This document shows positions 56,522 to 64,000 of a stretch of 64,000 nt of DNA, piece after piece; the first letter of the stretch is position 1; each line of letters opens with the position of its first letter. The stretch is from Candidatus Latescibacterota bacterium (GTDB lineage: Bacteria; Latescibacterota; UBA2968; GCA-2709665), in NCBI GenBank assembly GCA_963667175.2, contig CAXXXF010000006.1:96001-160000 (forward strand), written 5' to 3'. The position numbers and the translations under genes were made by a program. The notes below the pieces were generated by a model that saw only the letters and a list, made by a program, of their open reading frames with translations, had not been told where the DNA came from and did no database searches.

Positions 56522-57211
56522 TCATTCCCTCGAACCGAAGATCGCAGATCCGACGCGTACCATTGTGGCGCCCTCCTCGATCGCCACCTCGAAATCCCCC
56601 GTCATCCCCATCGAAAGGTGTGCCATCGAAACGCCTGGCAGCCGTGCCGCCGCGACCTTCTCCCTCAGTTTACGCAACTGGACGAAACATGGTCTCACCG
56701 CCTCCGGGTCCGGCAGAAACCGGCCAATCGTCATCAACCCCTCTACGCCCAATCCCTCTACTTCCGATATCCGTCCGACCAGCTCGACCGTGGCGTCGGG
56801 CTCGGACCCGAATTGCGAGTCCGCCCCCGACGTATTCACCTGAACGAGCGTCCGTGAGGAAATTCCTGCCTGCACGGCTCGTTTCCCGATCTCCTTTGCC
56901 AATCGAAGACTGTCCACCGAGTGAACCATTTCGAACATGCGGAGGGCGCTTTTCACCTTGTTCCGCTGCAGATGTCCCACGAGGTGCCATTCCACGGCAT
57001 CCGTGACGTTGCCAACCTTCGTCTCGGCCTCCTGTACGCGGTTTTCGCCCAACGCCCGGACCCCGGCCCGCACCGCTTCTCCGATGGCCTCGACGGGTTT
57101 TGCCTTGGAGACCGCGACGAGGGTCACGTCGTGCGCCTGCCGCCCCGCTCGTTCCGCGGCGCGTGCGATGCGCTCCCGGACCCGTTTCAGATTCTCGGAA
57201 ATCGTCTTCAT
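56522..57211 (-). CDS. yggS: PLP homeostasis protein
   Basis: LVAVSK, GENRVQE, WHLVGHLQRNK, LSMGM, VRVGSAIFG. Confidence 0.95.
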   Translation of the reverse strand: MKTISENLKRVRERIARAAERAGRQAHDVTLVAVSKAKPVEAIGEAVRAGVRALGENRVQEAETKVGNVTDAVEWHLVGHLQRNKVKSALRMFEMVHSVDSLRLAKEIGKRAVQAGISSRTLVQVNTSGADSQFGSEPDATVELVGRISEVEGLGVEGLMTIGRFLPDPEAVRPCFVQLRKLREKVAAARLPGVSMAHLSMGMTGDFEVAIEEGATMVRVGSAIFGSRE

Positions 57212-57384
57212 TTGCGCTACGCCACAACGAAGAAGGGTGAGTCACGGTTCCGATACAGAATATTGAATTTACAACAAGACAACCGTTTTGGCAACTCATT
57301 CGCAGACCCGGAATTCCGGAATTCGACCATCGGCTTTACCAGCAGTCTCCCAGATAACGAAAGACAAGCGAATTACGCGGAAGA

Positions 57385-60024
57385 TCACACGATGCCGCCG
57401 GTTCCGGGTCCGTGCCCGGGCTGGTCAGTTGTCTCCGACGATACCGGAGGTTCGAATTCGTCGTCGTGGATTGCGACCACACCGCGGCTCCCATCCACGG
57501 TTATCCGGTCTCCCGTACGGATTCGCCGCGTCGCGCCCGATACCCCCACCACTGCCGGCACCTGGTACTCGCGGGCGATCACCGAACTGTGGTTCAGCAC
57601 GCCGCCGATTTCGGTGACCACCGCGCGTACACGCCGGAAGAGCGGGGTCCATCCCGGGTCGGTACCGAGTGCGACCAGCACCTCCCCCTGCGCCAGTGTC
57701 TCGAACTCCTCGGGCCCGCGTAGCAGCCGGGCGATTCCGGTCGCCGTACCCGGGCTCGTGCCGACACCTTCAAGCCTCCTCGCGTCGGGGTCGCCGACCC
57801 GGGACGGGTTCTCGCCACGACCTTCAATCCAGAAGTAAACCGGCTGCCGGCAACGCGCACGTTCGAAATCGGCGATCCGTCGATTGACTTCATCCTCGCT
57901 TGTGACGAAGCCCCTCCTGAACGCATTCTCCACTTCGGCGCGCGACAGGAAAAACACCTCATCCTTCCGCCGCAGCATCCCCCGGGATACGAGATGGTCC
58001 CCCAGTTTCAGATAGACCGCTCTGTACCCGGCAAACAGCCTGTCCAGGTGGAATCTCAACTCTTCACGCAGTCCGAGATAGATTCTGGCGTATTTCAACA
58101 CCCTGCGAAAGATCGTGGTCCGCGCCCATCGCCACGGCGAATCGGAAAGACGCCTCAACACCTTCGCTTCCGCGGACCGAACCAGATCCTGCGGCTTCTT
58201 CCTGACCGACGCAGGTTCACAACAGAGGTTCTGACGGAGCATCTGCACGACGATTTCCGGGCGTTCACGCCAGCGTTCAAACGTAAAATCCCGATTTGCA
58301 GAGCGAATTCCGTACGCGTCGATGAATGCGTTGAATCTGGATGCAACGTGGCCCCGGCCGGAACGAAGGCATTCGAGAAACGCAGCGTCCGTCCCGGTTT
58401 CCAGGGTCCGCCGAAGCACGGCATCGCTTCGGACCTCATCCGACAATTTCCCCAGTGCGTCATTGACCTCGGACGTCTTGTTGCGTTCAGGCGCCAGCAG
58501 CAGATCCTTGAACGTGTCCACGTCGAGGTCCGCCCAGCGGATCAGCATCGCGCGCAGGACCCAGATGCAATTCATCGCAAACGCGTAACTCCACTGGTTG
58601 ACGTCCCTTTGCTGACGCACGGCGAGTTCCGTCAGACGATTCTCGGCCAGAAGCAGGACGTCCGGGTCCCGCGCCGAGGAAATCTGGCGTTCGATGGAAC
58701 GTATCCTCCGGTTGAATGCCGGGAAAAACGCCTGCCTGACCCTTCGGTGATTGCTGTGAATCAGACCGTACGGTTCGGTCATCAGGAGGCCCGGAAGACG
58801 CAGCAGCACCGGGACGATCCCCTTCCAGGTCCGGCTCGCGCACGCCACCTCTCGCCGGAGTTTTCGCGGCAGAATAACCAGCGCGTCGTCCATCAACAGT
58901 TTCGCGGGAACCAGTTTGAGCGCCTGCGCAACGGCATCCGCGTTCACGTACATGTAGGAATCGATCACCTTCATCATATCGTCGCGTATCAGCGCCCCGA
59001 GTCCGAGTCGTCGCGCGGGCCCCTGAAACGTGTACGACTGGCTCAGGCCGTCCACAATGACGGACGCCGTCATCGGAGAGAGGGCCTCGGACCAGACGTC
59101 GTCGCAGATCCCCCGGGACCAGGCGCCGGGCGGCCTGGATACACTCGTCGTAATCGGTCGCGTCTGCAGGACGTAAAGCCGGCCGCAGGAAAACGCCCAT
59201 TCGACGTCCTGGGGCCGGCCGTCGGAATACGACTCGATCTCGCAGCCCCGCCTCCACAGCGATTGCAGCTCGCGCGGAGAAAGCGCCTCCTCGTCCCGCA
59301 GCCCCTCGGGCATGGGTTCAGGCCTGCGGCGACCCGGTCGCAGGCGCCACAGCTTGTGCGCTATCCGCTTCTCAACGACCCGGCCGGAGGTCCGGTCCAG
59401 CACGTATGAGTCGGGCGAAACCTCGCCCCCGACAACGGTCTCGCCGAGACCCCAGTTGGCCTCCACAAAAATACCCGGCGCGCCTGAGGCTACCGGGTTC
59501 CGTGTAAAGAGGACGCCTGACTTTTCGGCCTCGACCATCTCCTGCACGACAACCGCAATGCGCGGAACCAGACCGGGCGCGTAGGTTCGCAACCGTTCGT
59601 TACACGCCGACGCCCAGCACAGCCGGACGTGCTCGAGTACAGACGCGACGTCCGTCAGGTTCAGATAGGTTTCGAACTGTCCGGCAAAGGCGAATGCACG
59701 GCCGTCCTCGGAGGCGCCGGACGAACGGACGGCCACGGATTTGGCGCCGGCGCCCATCAGAGATTCGAACGAGCATCGGATGGCTGTTTCGACTTCGGAC
59801 GGGAACGAACCCCGGGCAACGGCCGCCTCGGTCGCGCCGGCCGGATCGAGGCCATTGTGTTCCAGAAACCGGACACAGGCGTCGGCCGTCACGCAGAATC
59901 CGTCCGGAACGTGGAATCCGCCCGCGAGAAGGCGACCCAGATTTCGCGCCTTCCCGCCGACCTGCTCCAACGAAGCTCCGCACGCCTGAGCGAGTTCAAC
60001 AACGATTTTCGACGCTTCCGCCAT
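57385..60024 (-). CDS. PEP-utilising/rifampin-phosphotransferase-like enzyme
   Basis: VGGKA, VAVRSS..ED...FAGQ, QDVEW, LQTRPIT ATP-grasp; long central domain; GGVLNHSSVIARE phospho-His swivel. Confidence 0.85.
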   Translation of the reverse strand: MAEASKIVVELAQACGASLEQVGGKARNLGRLLAGGFHVPDGFCVTADACVRFLEHNGLDPAGATEAAVARGSFPSEVETAIRCSFESLMGAGAKSVAVRSSGASEDGRAFAFAGQFETYLNLTDVASVLEHVRLCWASACNERLRTYAPGLVPRIAVVVQEMVEAEKSGVLFTRNPVASGAPGIFVEANWGLGETVVGGEVSPDSYVLDRTSGRVVEKRIAHKLWRLRPGRRRPEPMPEGLRDEEALSPRELQSLWRRGCEIESYSDGRPQDVEWAFSCGRLYVLQTRPITTSVSRPPGAWSRGICDDVWSEALSPMTASVIVDGLSQSYTFQGPARRLGLGALIRDDMMKVIDSYMYVNADAVAQALKLVPAKLLMDDALVILPRKLRREVACASRTWKGIVPVLLRLPGLLMTEPYGLIHSNHRRVRQAFFPAFNRRIRSIERQISSARDPDVLLLAENRLTELAVRQQRDVNQWSYAFAMNCIWVLRAMLIRWADLDVDTFKDLLLAPERNKTSEVNDALGKLSDEVRSDAVLRRTLETGTDAAFLECLRSGRGHVASRFNAFIDAYGIRSANRDFTFERWRERPEIVVQMLRQNLCCEPASVRKKPQDLVRSAEAKVLRRLSDSPWRWARTTIFRRVLKYARIYLGLREELRFHLDRLFAGYRAVYLKLGDHLVSRGMLRRKDEVFFLSRAEVENAFRRGFVTSEDEVNRRIADFERARCRQPVYFWIEGRGENPSRVGDPDARRLEGVGTSPGTATGIARLLRGPEEFETLAQGEVLVALGTDPGWTPLFRRVRAVVTEIGGVLNHSSVIAREYQVPAVVGVSGATRRIRTGDRITVDGSRGVVAIHDDEFEPPVSSETTDQPGHGPGTGGIV

Positions 60025-60079
60025 GGCGGAGAAATTCTTCCTGCACAAGTGAATCCGGACCGGCGGGACGCCGGCGAGG

Positions 60080-61321
60080 TCAATAACCGCCGAAACCCAC
60101 CGGCGCGGCATTGAAGTACGACTCGTCGCCGAAATAGGGAAACATGCCGAAACCCGCGTCCAGGTCCCGCCGCTCCCATACAAGGCCGGTTTCGCAATAG
60201 CTAAGCGAGCCGTGGGCGGGTGGCGAAAACTCCGGTCGTCCCAGCAGGTCGCTTCGGAACCAGACGCTCCGATGCCCGAAACACACGCCCTTCTCCAGGT
60301 TCTCCCGAACGAATTCAACCATATGCGGAAACGTCCGCTGGTACTCCGCCCCCCGGCCGTATTCAATATGAGTCTTCAGATTCTCGCCCGCAGCCTGGAC
60401 CTCGCCCATCGACATGGGGGCTCCGCCCTTTACGAACAACGCATCGGCATTCGGATCCACCACCGCCCATTTGCCGTACTCGTCGAACCAGACCTCCGCC
60501 ACGAAATGCCCGTTGAATCCGTTCACCGCTTCGGTGAGAACGGCGCACCGGGCCGGAATGCCCGCTGCCTGAGCGCAGCTTACGAAAGCCGCCGCATAAT
60601 GAACGCACATCGCCACGGGCCGCTTTCCGTTGTGTCCCGCCTGTCGGGGCGCCCAGGCGAGAAGGGTTTCCGCGTCCCACGGCGCATATTGGCCCGCCCT
60701 GAGCGAATTGGTATGCTCCCAGCTGGACGCCAGCCAGGCCGATAGCGCACGGACCCGGTGGATCAACGGGCCCTGGTCCCGCGCGACCGGCGGCAGCAAT
60801 CGCCTCAACGACACCAGCCTCGGCGACTCAGCGACCTCCCATGCCATGGCGGGTGGCGGCGGGTCCTCTCCTTCCTCGAGCCGTACCCGAACGACGTATT
60901 CACCCAGAACCGAGTTGAGGTAGCCCATGCGGTCGCTCCGCCATGTCGCTCCGCCGTCGTCGCTCACTCCGCTGTCCGGGTCCGCGTGACCCGCTTCCAT
61001 CGCGAGCGACCATCCGTCCATCGCCGTACCATCGGTCCAGAGTTCGAAGGTGTTGTCTCCGGCTCTGAATCCGGCCACGGACAGCTCATACCAGGAATAC
61101 GCGCCGGGCCTGTCGGGCTCGAGCGCCGCCACCTCGGCGCCGTTCAGGGCCACCCGAAGCGGCGCGTCGTTATCGGGATAGGGCCGGGCGAGGATGTAGA
61201 CCCGCCCGGGCGCGTCCGTCGCGGGCAACGCGAGTGTCTTTCGTGTCCGCCGAAACGTCGTCAACTCCTCGCAAAGAGACGGCATGACCCGTCCGTCTTC
61301 GCTGTAATACAATCGGCTCAT
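60080..61321 (-). CDS. Transglutaminase-like domain protein
   Basis: Cys-His-Asp triad: AMCVHYA, GHFVAEVW, VVDPN. Confidence 0.75.
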   Translation of the reverse strand: MSRLYYSEDGRVMPSLCEELTTFRRTRKTLALPATDAPGRVYILARPYPDNDAPLRVALNGAEVAALEPDRPGAYSWYELSVAGFRAGDNTFELWTDGTAMDGWSLAMEAGHADPDSGVSDDGGATWRSDRMGYLNSVLGEYVVRVRLEEGEDPPPPAMAWEVAESPRLVSLRRLLPPVARDQGPLIHRVRALSAWLASSWEHTNSLRAGQYAPWDAETLLAWAPRQAGHNGKRPVAMCVHYAAAFVSCAQAAGIPARCAVLTEAVNGFNGHFVAEVWFDEYGKWAVVDPNADALFVKGGAPMSMGEVQAAGENLKTHIEYGRGAEYQRTFPHMVEFVRENLEKGVCFGHRSVWFRSDLLGRPEFSPPAHGSLSYCETGLVWERRDLDAGFGMFPYFGDESYFNAAPVGFGGY

Positions 61322-61433
61322 TAAGGCCTCTCTCTAGTGTGCCCCCCTTGTCGGTCCGCAGGAATATACGCGCAGGCCCGGATCCTGACATCGCTTTCCT
61401 TGGAAAGCAGTGGCATTTTCCGGATCCCCGCGT

Positions 61434-62336
61434 CTATTTTCCAATGTATTCCGGAAAAGCAAGTTTCCAGTTCTCGTAAATGACGTTGTGGATCACTTCG
61501 TCAGGCACGGTCGGAAAATTCGTCCCTTCCACCACGTCGTTTACCTTCCACTGGCCCGCAATCACCTGCGCCGCCGTGGCCGATGGAAAATCGGAACCGA
61601 AAATCAGTTTGTGTTCCACGCCGTATTCGATGGCCGACATGAAGGCCTGGTAGTGCCGCCGCGGCCGGTAGTGAAGCGCGGACACGTTGGTGTAGAGATT
61701 GGGGTGCTTTCGAATCAGCACCACGCACTCATCTTCCCATGGATGCCCCATGTGGGAAATGACAATGCGAAGATCCGGACACGCGATTGCAATATCCTCG
61801 AGTTGAATCGGATTCGCGTACTTCAACGGGCCGGTCCGCACGAACGAGGTACCCTGATGGATATTCAGCGGAATACCGAGCCATTCCGCCTTTTTGAAGA
61901 ACGGCAGGTGTCGGGGATCCCGTGGGTCCCAGTTCTGGTAGATCGGCGCCACCTTCAGCCCCCGCAGCCCGAGGTTTTCGACACAATGCACCAGTTGGTC
62001 AATGCAATCCGCATCGTTCGGATTGACCGAAGCCCATCCGTAGAACCGGTCCGGATGTTCATTCACGAACGCGGCCACCAGATCCTGGGGCACGTCGATT
62101 CCCACGTGCGGCGCCCGCAGACCGAACACGATCACCCGGTCGCAATCCTCGGTGGCCGCCAGCAACTGCTCGGGCCTGGCGTCGAATGCATTGCGCTCAT
62201 CGCGGGCGTCGGCGGCGAAATACACGTCGGGGGACAACCGCATCTTTGCCTTCTTGGCGGCAAGCGCGGACTCGACGAACTCATCCGACAGATGGTCCGG
62301 ATACCACAGTAAATTGGTATGGGTGTCGAAAAGCAT
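61434..62336 (-). CDS. Amidohydrolase family 2 protein
   Basis: DTHT, GLRGLK, IHQG, SHMGHP, FGSDFP. Confidence 0.88.
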   Translation of the reverse strand: MLFDTHTNLLWYPDHLSDEFVESALAAKKAKMRLSPDVYFAADARDERNAFDARPEQLLAATEDCDRVIVFGLRAPHVGIDVPQDLVAAFVNEHPDRFYGWASVNPNDADCIDQLVHCVENLGLRGLKVAPIYQNWDPRDPRHLPFFKKAEWLGIPLNIHQGTSFVRTGPLKYANPIQLEDIAIACPDLRIVISHMGHPWEDECVVLIRKHPNLYTNVSALHYRPRRHYQAFMSAIEYGVEHKLIFGSDFPSATAAQVIAGQWKVNDVVEGTNFPTVPDEVIHNVIYENWKLAFPEYIGK

Positions 62337-62371
62337 GCCATGCCCCCCGTTGGCCACACGGTTGGAGGCTT

Positions 62372-63958
62372 CTACTCCAGGAACCGCCTCAGCACGTTGC
62401 CGGTAATCCTGGACAGCTCATCGCTGACCAGCAGCGAACTGATGTACGTGATCGACCCCGTCGAAAAGACGGCGCCGCCCCCGTCCGGCTCGTGAATGAC
62501 CATATGGGCGCCTCCGTCGTTTTCATTCATCCCTTTGGCAAGCAGCCTGACGTTGTCGGGCGAGAATCTGGATGAGATCTTGTCGGTTTCGTGTCCTGAC
62601 GCTCCGCCCGGAATCCGCATGTGCAGGTACTCCCTGCCGAAGAGTTCTCCGTCGTCGAGGCCCGTGCCCTCGTATGCCCAGTGGCCCGAGTCGACGACCC
62701 TGTACGGCGCGGCGGTCATGATGCCGGCATCGGTGAACACCACCCCCAGCAGGTTGGCCTCGGACTCCTGGCGCATATGCATGCGGCTTTCAAATCCGCC
62801 GCACCGCTGCTGGCGCCGGTTGCCGTTCCGGACGATCATCGCATCCTCGTCCACGAACTCCACCTCACAGTTCAGCCCGTTGCCGCCCAGATACATCAGC
62901 CTGCCGCCACGGTTGAAGACCCAGTCCTTCACCTCGTAGTACATCTTGCTGGACCAGTATTCGGGATGGGGTCCCAGGATCAATACCGCGTAGTCGTCCA
63001 GGTTCAGCGCGTCGAAGTGCAACTGGGTTTCCGAATAGAGGTCATATTCGAACCCCTCGCGTTCCAGCCACCCAAGCAACCGCCATTCCGCCGGCGCGAC
63101 GTGATTGGGCGCCCGGCCCTCGATCGGATCGGTTACCTGCTCGTCCTCCGGCACGACATTGATCGGCTCCGGACGTTCGAAGGACAGCGGCAGGTACTCC
63201 TCCGCGTCGTAATTGATGTGCTCCGGGTCGGTGTAGCGCTTCAATTCCAGCCGGGCATTGATGGTGGGTGTGGAAGGCATCCTGTCCGGATGAATATAAT
63301 TGCTGCGACCTCCAAAATTGTTATAGCAGTTCCAGTTGATGTCTGACGCCAGCACGGCCGCCTTCGCAGCCGGCTCCGCGGGCGCCACAACCCACGGAAA
63401 CGAGAAAAACAGTCCGGATTCCGTTCTGGCGTGAAAGTAGTAGAGGCCGGACCTCACGGGCGCTGCGACAAGCTGTTTGTGACCGGGGCTGGTATATCCG
63501 AACCTGTTCCACTGCGCGCCTGACTGCGTATAGTCGCCGTCGGGAGTCAGCTGGACGGTGGCCCTGGGCCCGTGCTCGTCGTACCACCCGATCGGACGGA
63601 TGAGTTCCTTCTTCCATCCGTAACGCCACAACTCCAATTTATACTGTTCGTGTGAATGCACGCGAAACTCGGACCGGTCGCCCGACTTGACGCACTTGGG
63701 CCAGACGTAGCCCATCAGGCAGTCCTTCAGCAGACGAAACTGATGGGGTTCGTCCGACGTGACTTCCACGTCGACGATTTTCGACCCGTACCCGTTGCGA
63801 GCCAGAATCACCCGATGCCGACCCGGCGTCACGTCCGCATAGACCGCGCCCGATGCCGACGAACGGGCCAGCACCGCGTTGCCAGACGGGTCCCGGAACT
63901 CCAGTGCCACGTCGGAAAGGGCGATATAGCGCTCGTCACTCACGTAACCCACCAGCAT
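62372..63958 (-). CDS. N,N-dimethylformamidase large-subunit-like protein
   Basis: SGLY, WNCYNNFGG, SFERP, WLEREG, HPEYWS, GGRLMYLGGN, GHETD, VFSTGSI. Confidence 0.8.
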   Translation of the reverse strand: MLVGYVSDERYIALSDVALEFRDPSGNAVLARSSASGAVYADVTPGRHRVILARNGYGSKIVDVEVTSDEPHQFRLLKDCLMGYVWPKCVKSGDRSEFRVHSHEQYKLELWRYGWKKELIRPIGWYDEHGPRATVQLTPDGDYTQSGAQWNRFGYTSPGHKQLVAAPVRSGLYYFHARTESGLFFSFPWVVAPAEPAAKAAVLASDINWNCYNNFGGRSNYIHPDRMPSTPTINARLELKRYTDPEHINYDAEEYLPLSFERPEPINVVPEDEQVTDPIEGRAPNHVAPAEWRLLGWLEREGFEYDLYSETQLHFDALNLDDYAVLILGPHPEYWSSKMYYEVKDWVFNRGGRLMYLGGNGLNCEVEFVDEDAMIVRNGNRRQQRCGGFESRMHMRQESEANLLGVVFTDAGIMTAAPYRVVDSGHWAYEGTGLDDGELFGREYLHMRIPGGASGHETDKISSRFSPDNVRLLAKGMNENDGGAHMVIHEPDGGGAVFSTGSITYISSLLVSDELSRITGNVLRRFLE

Positions 63959-64000
63959 ATCTCACTCCCCTTTGATGGTTCTCCGTCTCGAGTCATTTCT

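Noticed and set aside
60025-60366. Apparent N-terminal extension of the phosphotransferase
   Set aside because: It overlaps the transglutaminase gene; the domain begins after ATG 60024.

Overview
GC-rich bacterial chromosome segment in two parts. (1) About 1-26 kb is an accessory region. From 1 to 21.7 kb every non-IS gene lies on the minus strand, and the genes are separated by integron-type sites: clear attC sites at 5449, 10443 and 15220, degenerate ones at 17043 and 20820, and a repeated attI-like 78-bp element at 10359 and 21712. No integrase gene is visible. Cargo includes a type I CBASS (CD-NTase + Cap15-like), an Abi_C protein, a PIN toxin-antitoxin pair, a proteasome-beta-like Ntn hydrolase, a PD-(D/E)XK-like protein, a duplicated PhyH dioxygenase and several metabolic genes. 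The array is interrupted by IS1380 (with a nested IS3) and IS21, and ends at a cargo-carrying IS1595 element. (2) About 26-64 kb is core genome: family B DNA polymerase; a ~15.5-kb respiratory operon (Rieske, split cytochrome b, octaheme cytochrome c, cupredoxin-like protein, aa3-type oxidase, heme a/o synthases, ABC exporter, SCO); a divergent HEAT-repeat/ferredoxin pair; the yggS-yggT-mtnP-NUDIX-ileS-dksA-like-lspA-rluA-family block; and a DMFase-like/amidohydrolase/transglutaminase/phosphotransferase operon. The two most notable signals are a 27-aa motif shared by the Rieske protein (twice) and the nearby ferredoxin, and the integrase-less array with repeated attI-like sites. All family calls come from reading motifs by eye; no database search was run.
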